A stretch of DNA of 64,000 nt from NCBI GenBank assembly GCA_963662285.2, contig CAXXMV010000002.1:896001-960000 (forward strand). Reading direction: 5' to 3'. This document shows, in pieces, positions 1 through 8,823 of this stretch. The notes under the pieces were generated by a model, which saw only the letters and a list, made by a program, of their open reading frames with translations, was not told where the DNA came from and did not search any database. The number at the start of each line of letters is the position of its first letter. Positions within the stretch are counted from its first letter, which is position 1. The stretch is from a bacterium (GTDB lineage: Bacteria; Hinthialibacterota; Hinthialibacteria; Hinthialibacterales; Hinthialibacteraceae). The translations under genes were made by a program, and so were the position numbers.

Positions 1-1
1 G

Positions 2-481
2 ATGACAAATGGCCATAAACTCGATCTAACATCAGGCAAAAAAGGTGAGTTTTATATCAGGCAACTTGCGGAACTGCGATTCCCCGAATCGGGTTGGGAA
101 GAGATGAAAAAAGGTATGGATAAAATCCTGCAAGTCTATTTATCCGGCCAACAAATACGGGGTTATAGACAAGATGCAACTATGGTCATGAATCTTTTTG
201 GGCCAATTACTTTTTCATCTAAATTAGATCAGTATCGCCTGCTAAGCAGCGTTTATCTGATCAATCCAACAGATAATATGCAAGATGAACGAAACCATGA
301 AAGCCAGTTTAATGAATTGCGGCTTGCAATCGCCGGGCGGTTGTATTTACTGGAGAACAATGAGTATCCGCAATCTACTATTCAACTTATTCCTAAGTAT
401 ATACCCGGTGAGATCAAAGATATCACCACTGGCCGCTCATACACTTGGGATAAAAATGGCAATCTGAAAACTACAAGATAA
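2..481 (+). CDS. Hypothetical protein, 5'-truncated by the window edge; paralogue of 519..1862
   Basis: Aligns with the C-terminal third of the next ORF (GHKLDxxxGxKG, ELRLAIAGRLY.LENNEYPQST, TGRSYTWD..GNLKT). Confidence 0.8.
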   Translation: MTNGHKLDLTSGKKGEFYIRQLAELRFPESGWEEMKKGMDKILQVYLSGQQIRGYRQDATMVMNLFGPITFSSKLDQYRLLSSVYLINPTDNMQDERNHESQFNELRLAIAGRLYLLENNEYPQSTIQLIPKYIPGEIKDITTGRSYTWDKNGNLKTTR

Positions 482-489
482 GCATGGAT
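311..489 (+). repeat. 179-bp degenerate direct repeat, copy 1 (copy 2 at 1692..1870)
   Basis: Shared blocks cggcttgcaatcgccgggcggttgtattt and ggcaatctgaaaactaYaagataagcatggat, running past both stop codons. Confidence 0.9.
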
Positions 490-518
490 TTTGTAATAAA
501 TATGAGAGGGAATTTTTA

Positions 519-1862
519 ATGCCGGATAAAATCGATGAAATACAGAAAATCCTCGAACAACGATCATTAAAAAGATTCATCCCATCAAAACGCATTGTAA
601 AATGGTCAGCATTAGTTTTTCTGATTTTGTTAACTATAGGTTATATCGGTCTGCATATTTGGCTTGATATTTGGTTTGAAGGGAAAATTCAACGCTATCA
701 TGGCAAGGATTATGTTAAGTATGCAAGAACTTTCATGGAAAGCACTATTGATTTCCCTGAAAAATGGTTGCATGAGCCAGACCAATATTATCTGACTGAT
801 CAATATCGAGATTTAAATGAATCGTGGGAAGCATTCAATAAAGAACATAAATCATTTGCAATTAAGTTTCCTAAATGGGAAGAACTGCTTAATTCTCCTG
901 GAGGTCTTACTCAGGATGAATGGAAGGAACTGGGCGGTGATTTACAAAAAGCCGGGAAATTCTTGCATAGGGGCTTAAAAGTAAGCCGGGAAATCGATCA
1001 TCAAATTGCCGTATTGAAACCTGAAGACCGGTTTGAAATAGATTCATCCAATCACTGGATTTGCCAATATTATTGTCAGATTGCAAAAGTCAATGCGGCT
1101 TATCTGATAAATTCGAATAAGATCGAAGAAGGAGTGGATTATTTGGTTAGTACGCTGCCTTTTGCCGTTTTTAATCCAGTTCTAAATTACAATAATTCCA
1201 ATACAAGAAAATGGTTGCTGCAACAAATAGTACCTCAATCGTATTCTCATATTAAGAGTATAAAAAGTAAAAAATATTTGCGGGACTGGCTGGATACGCT
1301 CAATCATTTGCATCCATTCATTTTCACGGATGATTATAAAAATGCTCCTACATACGCCCTTATATCAGAAATGAATGTGGAGAAAGGAAAAGGCCATAAA
1401 CTCGATATGGCGCCAGGTAGAAAAGGCTCGTTTTACATGCGGCAGATTTTTGATCGAAGATTCCCGGTATCAGGTTGGGGAGGTATGAAAAAAGGGGTGG
1501 ATCAGATTCTTCAGATTTATTTATCTGACCAAAAACAATTTTCCAATGATGACAAGTTGGGTATAGTTCTAGGACTTTTTAGGTCCATTACTTTTTCTTC
1601 AAGATTAGAACTTTTTTGTCAACTATTTACCGTGCGTCTTGAGAATCCAGCAGATATTATACCGGATGAACTAAACCTCGAAAACAAATATAATGAACTA
1701 CGGCTTGCAATCGCCGGGCGGTTGTATTTCCTGGAGAACAATGAATATCCGCAATCTACTGCTATGCTTATTCCCAGGTACTTGCCCAATGACATCAAAG
1801 ATCTAGTCACGGGCCGCTCTTACACCTGGGATGAAAAAGGCAATCTGAAAACTATAAGATAA
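519..1862 (+). CDS. Membrane-anchored hypothetical protein with a pseudopilin (GspG)-like C-terminal motif
   Basis: 447 aa, N-terminal TM helix; C-terminus LAIAGRLYFLENNEYPQS..LIPRYLP..KDLVTGRSY resembles the Y-x-x-x-x-x-x-YP..L.P.YL...DP pattern. Confidence 0.7.
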   Translation: MPDKIDEIQKILEQRSLKRFIPSKRIVKWSALVFLILLTIGYIGLHIWLDIWFEGKIQRYHGKDYVKYARTFMESTIDFPEKWLHEPDQYYLTDQYRDLNESWEAFNKEHKSFAIKFPKWEELLNSPGGLTQDEWKELGGDLQKAGKFLHRGLKVSREIDHQIAVLKPEDRFEIDSSNHWICQYYCQIAKVNAAYLINSNKIEEGVDYLVSTLPFAVFNPVLNYNNSNTRKWLLQQIVPQSYSHIKSIKSKKYLRDWLDTLNHLHPFIFTDDYKNAPTYALISEMNVEKGKGHKLDMAPGRKGSFYMRQIFDRRFPVSGWGGMKKGVDQILQIYLSDQKQFSNDDKLGIVLGLFRSITFSSRLELFCQLFTVRLENPADIIPDELNLENKYNELRLAIAGRLYFLENNEYPQSTAMLIPRYLPNDIKDLVTGRSYTWDEKGNLKTIR

Positions 1863-1878
1863 GCATGGATCTATACTT

Positions 1879-3765
1879 ATGAGCCACATGAATTGGCGCC
1901 GTTTGACGGATCACCACCGTAAAAGATTGGACGCCCATATAGCCTTATTGCAACAACACCGGCCAGCCTTGCTAAAAGCGCTGGGGAATGTGCATGACTG
2001 CGCCCACAACCTGGAAATTATTGAAGAGGAAAACAACCTCATCGCGCTCAGGTCGAATACTAACGACGGCATGAATACCCTGCTTACCCAGAATCAAGGT
2101 TCAACCCTGTTGCAGCAGCAACGTAGCGCTATTACCGCAAATTTTGAACGCGGCGCCCGTTTAATTGTTTTAAGCGGTATAGGCGTAGGGCATTCCCTGT
2201 TATTCGGCAACCAACTGCTGGAGCAATATCCTTCCGCAGGACTGCTTGTGTGGGAGCCGAACCGTTACGCCTGGGTGGCGTATTTATCCATGTTCGACGC
2301 GCGGCCAGTGATCGAAAAAACCGAGAGCATTTTTCTATACTCCTGTGATGCCATTGATGGGGGAATCTCCAGTTTTATTGAAGAACGCAGGCTTTTCCTA
2401 TTTCCACCGGAGAAGACCTCATACCTGCTCGGCGCTTTGCCCATTGCTCCTGCAATAACCGAGCAATATATTCAACGCGCCAAACAACTGGCGAAATTTA
2501 TTACCGATAAAAATAGCGGTTTCGCTCCGACATTCGTCAATTTTCTGGATAATATCAAAAAACCTTTGGCCGATGCTCCCCGGTCAGTCTGGAGTTGCGT
2601 TCAGCGGGACGCCTATATTCACTTCCCCATTGCGCAGGCGTTTCTCGATGGTTTCAAGCAACTGGGCATGGAAACTCACCTTGAACCATTTGATTCTACT
2701 TTCGGGCGACCGTTTGAAGCCTTGGGCAGGATGTTTGAAATGCAGCCTGATATGTTCTTTTCGATTAACCTATGGCCTGGCGCCCTGCTGGCTGACTTAG
2801 GTATGGCCAAACAGCATGTCGAATCTATGCAATTGCCGCGTGTCTGCTGGATGGTGGACGATACTCTGCTCTTAGCGGATGAAGGGCCTGTAACTCAACT
2901 GGATCAAAATGACTTAGTTTTGTACTGCGACCGCAGTTACGCTCCGCGTTTGCAGGCGCTGAACTGTAAATCCACCTTTTTACTCCATGCTACTATTTTT
3001 CAAGAATCCGGGCGAAAACGTGAAGCATTGGCGGCGGATATATCCTATGTAGGCTCATTGCCCAATGTTTATTATCTACTGGATGCCATGCCGGACGCAT
3101 GTCGGGAGATGCTGGGAAGAATCGAGTCCATCCGTAATACTGATTATTCGATAACATTCCATAGTATTCTTAAGTCGTTTGATCCTAATGCCAGCCAATT
3201 GAATATCATTTCAACGGCGGCGACCAATTATTGTAAAATATCTGGAAAAGACCTACCCGGCGCCAGTTATGAATTGGAATATTTTCTATATGCAGTTGTT
3301 ACTTATTTTAAGCGCCTGGGAACAATCGAAGCATTATTACCGCTAGGTTTGAAAGTTTTTGGGCCTCCGGCATGGAAAGATGTGCTTTCGCTGGAATATC
3401 GCAATCGCTATGGTGGTTTTATTAGTAATTCGGATTTAGCGGATTGTTATGCGTCATCCAAAATTTGTTTAAATATTCACAGTCACCAATGTCCTACTTG
3501 TCTTAATCCACGGGATTTCGATGTGCCTATGGCGGGCGGCGTGGTTCTGGGTGATTGGGTGGAAGATGCAGATTGGGGATTTATGCAGCCTGGCAAGGAT
3601 ATTCTGGTTTATCATTCAATTGCTGAGGCGGCTGATATGGTTCAACAATATCTACATGATCCGGATGCGCTGGCCGCTATTCAGCAGCAGGGACAACAGC
3701 GCGTCATGCAAGAACACACGTACAAACACCGGGCTGAAACAGTTCTTGCTCAATTGAATTGTTAA
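1879..3765 (+). CDS. CgeB/YkvP-family glycosyltransferase
   Basis: C-terminal YASSKICLNIH, NPRDFDVPMAGG and EHTYKHRA motifs of Glyco_trans_1_2. Confidence 0.8.
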   Translation: MSHMNWRRLTDHHRKRLDAHIALLQQHRPALLKALGNVHDCAHNLEIIEEENNLIALRSNTNDGMNTLLTQNQGSTLLQQQRSAITANFERGARLIVLSGIGVGHSLLFGNQLLEQYPSAGLLVWEPNRYAWVAYLSMFDARPVIEKTESIFLYSCDAIDGGISSFIEERRLFLFPPEKTSYLLGALPIAPAITEQYIQRAKQLAKFITDKNSGFAPTFVNFLDNIKKPLADAPRSVWSCVQRDAYIHFPIAQAFLDGFKQLGMETHLEPFDSTFGRPFEALGRMFEMQPDMFFSINLWPGALLADLGMAKQHVESMQLPRVCWMVDDTLLLADEGPVTQLDQNDLVLYCDRSYAPRLQALNCKSTFLLHATIFQESGRKREALAADISYVGSLPNVYYLLDAMPDACREMLGRIESIRNTDYSITFHSILKSFDPNASQLNIISTAATNYCKISGKDLPGASYELEYFLYAVVTYFKRLGTIEALLPLGLKVFGPPAWKDVLSLEYRNRYGGFISNSDLADCYASSKICLNIHSHQCPTCLNPRDFDVPMAGGVVLGDWVEDADWGFMQPGKDILVYHSIAEAADMVQQYLHDPDALAAIQQQGQQRVMQEHTYKHRAETVLAQLNC

Positions 3766-3849
3766 ATAATAACCATGTGCGTATTATTAATTATCTAAAA
3801 GTAATATTAATTTATCTTTGAATGAATTGACATTTTCCAGAATATCCCA

Positions 3850-3877
3850 TTGACCAATAACAAAAACTTTATAGAAT
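3850..3877 (+). promoter_or_regulatory. Possible sigma70 promoter between convergent genes
   Basis: TTGACC-16bp-TAGAAT; AT-rich context, so could be chance. Confidence 0.3.
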
Positions 3878-3935
3878 TGTACATATTAAATAAGAATTGA
3901 ATATTTTTTTCCTCGTAACATTAATTCGCACCCCC

Positions 3936-3981
3936 GAGGAGGAGTCGCTTCCCCCCAACGCCGAACCGGCGGCTCCTCCTC
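3936..3981. other. GC-rich stem-loop (terminator or sRNA hairpin)
   Basis: gaggaggagtcgc / gcggctcctcctc 13-bp stem with one G-U pair and a C-rich loop. Confidence 0.55.
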
Positions 3982-3998
3982 TCCCAATACACTTTCTG

Positions 3999-5570
3999 TT
4001 AATAATCAACTGAAATAACCTCTACGTTCAGTTTGCCTATCAGGTTAACTATATCCGTCTGTGCGTCGAGCGAGCCTTCCGCCAGTTTAATATGGGCGGC
4101 ATCCATCTCGATGCGGTTTAAGGTGGCATCGATTGGAATCCAGCGTCCGGCGATAAAGACTTCGTTCCAGGCGTGGTAGTAGAATCCGTCACCTTGATAT
4201 ACTAAGCCGGCGCAGACTTTGGCGGGCAGCCCGATGGCTCTGCTCAGCGCGGCGAACAGGGTGGAGTGTTCGTTGCAGTCGCCTTTCATGGATGCCAGCA
4301 CTTCGACAGCCGATGGTATGGTAACCCGCATCTCTTTGTTGATGTTGAGGTATAACCAGTCGCCGATGGCTCTGGCGGCTTGCCAACGGTTGGCGGCATC
4401 CCTGGTGATCTCTCGAGCTTTCTCGATAATCAGGGGATTATTGCTTTGAACCAGGGATTCTTCCTTAAGGTATTTCTGATTTTCGTCATCATTGACAGCA
4501 TATGGCGCAGTTTCAGCAGGAAGCGAATCAGTTAAAGACTTATAATCCTGTTTTTTAATTCGCAGCACCAGATGATCGTCGCCTTGGCTCAGTAAAGATT
4601 GAAACGTGTTATCTATTACAACATCGCCGGTGGCTGCGCCGATTAACTTGATGTCCATCGACTTTACTTTGTTTGGATTATTAATCGGTTTATCAACCGC
4701 AATTTTTGATGCTTTGATGAGATCCATTTCCGGTGCAGGTTGATTAAGCACTTCTTTAGATACGAAGTCCATGTTCTCCGCTTCTTCTCTGGTTTCGCGC
4801 ACTGCGGTCGATGTAATGCCGATTACCGAGCTGATTTCCTTGAAAACATCTCCCGCTTCATTGATCCACGATGTGGTTTGGATGCCTTTAAGGTTTATGT
4901 CTAGTTTATAGGTATCAGCGACTGTTCCGTTGGGTAGTTTCAATTTTTCTTTATCCAATACCTTTATTTCTACATTACTGAAAGACATGGTCATGGCTTC
5001 GAATACCGGATAAGAGTAACTCTTGCCGATCTCAAGACCATCCCGCGCCACCAGTAAGTGGATCATGTCGGCATGATAAATATCTCCGGAATTGGGGATG
5101 ATAGTATTTGACGTGTCTTGTTCTGATTTAGTAGTTATATGGAGTCCATCGTCTTGCACATCAACGAAAACGGTTAATTTCTGTCCGCTGGCTTCATAGG
5201 AAAAACTAAAATTACGTAGTGATAAATCTTCGTTAACTTCACCGGCTTGATGCATCTTGAGTGTTATAGGCATACCCAGCGCTTCAATTTGCAAAAATGA
5301 ATTAGATTCAAAAAGATAATATTTGCCCGGCAGCCGGGTTTTTGATTCCACATGATCTTCTTTGAGGATATAGCGGGAGAAGCCGATTTTTTTATTGCCC
5401 AGATAAAAGCCCATATAATCCTGGCGCATGATCAGCGCTCCGTCGTTGATATCTATATAAGCGTCTTTGGTTAAGAATGACTGGCTGACGACATCTGTGT
5501 GAAGCAGCCATAAGAAAACCAGCCATATAACAAAGGCAATTGGAGTTGAGCGGTATTTGAATATTCTCAT
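3999..5570 (-). CDS. Transglutaminase-like domain protein
   Basis: GDCNEHS, YHAWNEV and WIPIDAT give the Cys-His-Asp triad; N-terminal signal/TM segment. Confidence 0.9.
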   Translation of the reverse strand: MRIFKYRSTPIAFVIWLVFLWLLHTDVVSQSFLTKDAYIDINDGALIMRQDYMGFYLGNKKIGFSRYILKEDHVESKTRLPGKYYLFESNSFLQIEALGMPITLKMHQAGEVNEDLSLRNFSFSYEASGQKLTVFVDVQDDGLHITTKSEQDTSNTIIPNSGDIYHADMIHLLVARDGLEIGKSYSYPVFEAMTMSFSNVEIKVLDKEKLKLPNGTVADTYKLDINLKGIQTTSWINEAGDVFKEISSVIGITSTAVRETREEAENMDFVSKEVLNQPAPEMDLIKASKIAVDKPINNPNKVKSMDIKLIGAATGDVVIDNTFQSLLSQGDDHLVLRIKKQDYKSLTDSLPAETAPYAVNDDENQKYLKEESLVQSNNPLIIEKAREITRDAANRWQAARAIGDWLYLNINKEMRVTIPSAVEVLASMKGDCNEHSTLFAALSRAIGLPAKVCAGLVYQGDGFYYHAWNEVFIAGRWIPIDATLNRIEMDAAHIKLAEGSLDAQTDIVNLIGKLNVEVISVDY

Positions 5571-5651
5571 GAGACAGTTCCTTTTTCGTCGATACTTTCG
5601 GTTTATACTCTAATTATAAGGTAGTCTATTTAAGAAGCGAGAACAATTGAA

Positions 5652-7508
5652 ATGCAATACTTAAGTTATTTTTTTAATAATTATTTATCAGGGCGCCTGT
5701 TTGTTTTGATAGGTTTGGCGTCCTGTTTTGTCTCCTGTTCTAATGATCGCGTTAATCATAACCTATTCACTGGCAAGAATGTGCTCTTAATTAGCATCGA
5801 CACCTGCCGGGCTGATCATATACAGCCCTACAGCGATGATTACGCCCAAACGCCCAATATCCTCTCTCTAGCGCAGGATGGCGTATGGTTTGAAGATGCG
5901 GTGACTGCGGTTCCGCTAACGCTCCCTTCTCATTGTACCATTTTAACTGGACTTCACCCAATGCGGCATGGGGTGAGAGATAACTTTAACAACGCTTTGA
6001 GCGACGATGCCGTCACGCTGGCTGAATTATTCCAGGAATCGGGATATGCCACTGCCGGTATGATAGGCGCGATTATAATTTCCCGCCGTGAGGGATTAAG
6101 CCAGGGCTTTGATTATTATGATGACCAGTTCAAGGAAGAAGATTTTACTGCGTTGCAGCCAATTGTCGAGCGTAAAGCGGACCGCGTGATCGGTTCTGCT
6201 GTGTCCTGGCTCCAAAAACATGCTGAAGATGAGGCCGGTAAACCGTTTTTTATGTTTGTGCATTTGTATGATCCACACATGATGTATCAACCTCCCGCGC
6301 CTTATGATGAGCAATACGCCGATCATCTCTATGACGGCGAACTGGCTTATACCGATCATTGCCTGGGTCAGTTGATTGCTTTTTTGAAGCAGCAGGACTT
6401 GTATGACGATTTATTGATTGTTCTTGTTGGCGATCATGGCGAGGCGCTTGGTGAACATAAAGAAACCACCCATGGTCTGTTCCTATATGAAGAGGCGGTT
6501 CGCGTTCCATTTATAGTCAAACTACCCGAAGATGAAAAGCGCCCGATCAATAAGGCGATTAAACAAAGCGCAAGTTTAGAGGACGTAACGCCTACTCTGA
6601 TTGAATTGTGTGGTTTGGGTCCGGTGGATACGACTGGAGTCAGTCTGGCGCCCTGGCTGGTGGGTAACGCCCGGATCAAAGAGCGTAATATGGTTTTGGA
6701 AACCCAATATCCCCTGGTTTATAACTGGAGCCCGGCCTACAGCTTAAGAAATGCCTCATGGAAATATATTCACTCGCCGATTCCAGAATTATATAATCTG
6801 GTTTCTGATCCGGATGAGATGATAAACTTGATCGCAACGCCGAATACGCCGCTGGAATCTATGAACGCAGAATTGGAAGATCATCTGTTAGATATGGCTA
6901 ATGCTGTAAGTCTGGCTTCTGATATGCCGATTTCGCCTGACCGGGTGGAAATGTTGGCCTCTTTGGGATACGCAGCCGGGGGTAAATCACCGGGTGTTAT
7001 CGGTCCGGAAGAGCAATTGCCTGATGTGAAAGAAAAACTGGACGTCTATCTACTGGTCGATAAAGGGCTGGGGATGATGGCGCGGGGATTCGACCATAAA
7101 TCTATAGATTTATTTCTCCAAGCGATAGATAAAGACCCGGATAATCCTACTCCATACGCTAACCTTGGTCTGGCTTACTCCAAAACCCGGCAATGGAAGA
7201 AAGCCATCCAGTATACCAAAAAAGCGTTGGAGTTGTCTCCGCAGAATATTCTGGCTAATTTGCAATTAACCCGGATATATATACGAAGCAACTACCATGA
7301 CAAGGCGAAACGGCTGCTGGAGATAATAATCAGCGATTTTCCTAAACTGGCTGAAGCCCATTGCCAGTTAGGCCAGGTTTATCTAGAAAAAAACGACTAC
7401 TCAACCGCATTACAAGAATTTGAACTGGCCCGAAAATGGATGCCAGATATGCCGGGGATCGATGGACTTATCAAAACCACCCAAGAGAGCATGGCCGCTA
7501 ATAACTGA
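5652..7508 (+). CDS. Sulfatase-like hydrolase (alkaline phosphatase superfamily) with C-terminal TPRs
   Basis: NVLLISIDTCRAD, TLPSH, HLYDPH, GDHGE and VPFIVK motifs; TPR tail; lipoprotein-like N-terminus. Confidence 0.85.
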   Translation: MQYLSYFFNNYLSGRLFVLIGLASCFVSCSNDRVNHNLFTGKNVLLISIDTCRADHIQPYSDDYAQTPNILSLAQDGVWFEDAVTAVPLTLPSHCTILTGLHPMRHGVRDNFNNALSDDAVTLAELFQESGYATAGMIGAIIISRREGLSQGFDYYDDQFKEEDFTALQPIVERKADRVIGSAVSWLQKHAEDEAGKPFFMFVHLYDPHMMYQPPAPYDEQYADHLYDGELAYTDHCLGQLIAFLKQQDLYDDLLIVLVGDHGEALGEHKETTHGLFLYEEAVRVPFIVKLPEDEKRPINKAIKQSASLEDVTPTLIELCGLGPVDTTGVSLAPWLVGNARIKERNMVLETQYPLVYNWSPAYSLRNASWKYIHSPIPELYNLVSDPDEMINLIATPNTPLESMNAELEDHLLDMANAVSLASDMPISPDRVEMLASLGYAAGGKSPGVIGPEEQLPDVKEKLDVYLLVDKGLGMMARGFDHKSIDLFLQAIDKDPDNPTPYANLGLAYSKTRQWKKAIQYTKKALELSPQNILANLQLTRIYIRSNYHDKAKRLLEIIISDFPKLAEAHCQLGQVYLEKNDYSTALQEFELARKWMPDMPGIDGLIKTTQESMAANN

Positions 7509-7574
7509 TAGTTGCTGATGCGGGAAACGCTTATTAGTAAGAATTGATAAACCTGAATTTCTTGCTTTACATGC

Positions 7575-7619
7575 AAAAAATCCCCGGAGGCGGGATCGGG
7601 CGTTCCACGCTCCGGGGAT
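7575..7619 (-). terminator. Rho-independent terminator-like hairpin
   Basis: atccccggag/ctccggggat stem followed by T6 on the minus strand. Confidence 0.55.
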
Positions 7620-7917
7620 ATCGAAACGCGCGGTCAGGTAATCCTCTACATCCAGGTTGCCTTTTTGCAATTCATCCCGAATCTGATTCATCAGCGCCGC
7701 CCTAACCGAGAGAACCTTGTTGATGATTCCAAAGCCCGGTCTTGTTACAGCGTAGTGATTAGTGCTTGGTATGGGGCGGGTGGATTGATTGATGAATTAA
7801 ATTTTTGGCGGGGCGATGAGACTGGCCCACCATACGCGTGAGTGGAATCATGCCTTATTGTTTTCGTGGATTTCGTAGACCGCTATACCAAAATATAACG
7901 TAAAACATTGAATAATT

Positions 7918-8823
7918 CTATGTTTTTTGAACTCTAGGCAAGCCAAGATAATGCAGCAGCAGGTGGCCGGTTATGACTTCTAGCCGGGGATCTTCGGTCA
8001 GTGATATTCTGATGGTGTCGCCGATTCCCATCTGCAATAGGGCGCTCAATCCAGCCCATGAATTTACCACGGCGGCGCGGCCGCAACCCGCTTCGGTGAC
8101 TCCCAGGTGTAGGGGGTAATCATTCTTTTCTGCGAAAATCTTGTATGCGTCAATCACCCAGCGGGCGTCGTTGGCTTTTAGTGAAACCAGGATGTCTTCG
8201 ACGCCTTCTTCGGCGATTAAGCGCGTGGAATTTTCGGCGCTGATGGCTAAGGCTTCGGCGGAGTGATGGCCGTATTTTTCCAGCAGGTCGCGATCCAGCG
8301 ACCCGGCGTTAACCCCGACCCGCACGGGAACTTTATGCGCGACGGCTTCACGGGCTATCTGTTTCAATAATTTAGGATCGCGGATATTGCCCGGATTGAT
8401 CCTCAGTTTATCGGTTCCCGCTTCAATTGCGGCCAGCGCCATAGAAGAACGGAAATGAATATCGGCGACTACCGGGATAGGCGAGTTTTGGATGATGCGC
8501 GCCAGCGTGTCCGCTGATTCCTGGTTGGGGATGCTGACGCGGGTGATGTCGCAATAGAAGGGCGCTAATTCGCGTACCAAGTCCCAGCATTGCATCTCCT
8601 TAAGGATATTCTGTTCCCGGTCGCCAAGGTCTTCGGGCATAACCTTGGCGGTAGATTCAATCTGCTGCATTACGGCGTCGTAATCAGTAGTCGGAACTTT
8701 GACCATGGTCTGCACCGGGATGGGGGCGCCGCAGCCGATAGGGATGTCGCGCACAGTGACCATGCGGGTTTTGCGCCGTTCGGCGGTAATTTTTTTTATA
8801 GTGAATTTGCTTGATGTAGTCAT
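7918..8823 (-). CDS. ispG: IspG (GcpE) HMBPP synthase-like protein, TIM-barrel domain only (C-terminal Fe-S domain absent)
   Basis: PIPVQTM, PVVADIHF, KLRINPGN, RVGVNAGSL, YPLHLGVTEAG and GIGDTIRISLT present; ends at 301 aa before the CPxCxR motif. Confidence 0.85.
   Translation of the reverse strand: MTTSSKFTIKKITAERRKTRMVTVRDIPIGCGAPIPVQTMVKVPTTDYDAVMQQIESTAKVMPEDLGDREQNILKEMQCWDLVRELAPFYCDITRVSIPNQESADTLARIIQNSPIPVVADIHFRSSMALAAIEAGTDKLRINPGNIRDPKLLKQIAREAVAHKVPVRVGVNAGSLDRDLLEKYGHHSAEALAISAENSTRLIAEEGVEDILVSLKANDARWVIDAYKIFAEKNDYPLHLGVTEAGCGRAAVVNSWAGLSALLQMGIGDTIRISLTEDPRLEVITGHLLLHYLGLPRVQKT

Noticed and set aside
311-1870. DGR template/variable repeat pair
   Set aside because: Differences are not confined to adenines, both copies are coding, and there is no reverse transcriptase in the window.
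7410-7691. ORF as the missing IspG C-terminal domain
   Set aside because: No CxxC or GC motif; it runs through a terminator and overlaps the sulfatase-like gene.
7620-7720. c-di-GMP riboswitch or 6S RNA
   Set aside because: Only a ggcaacc fragment resembles the riboswitch, and I could not build the required stems or 6S end-to-end pairing.
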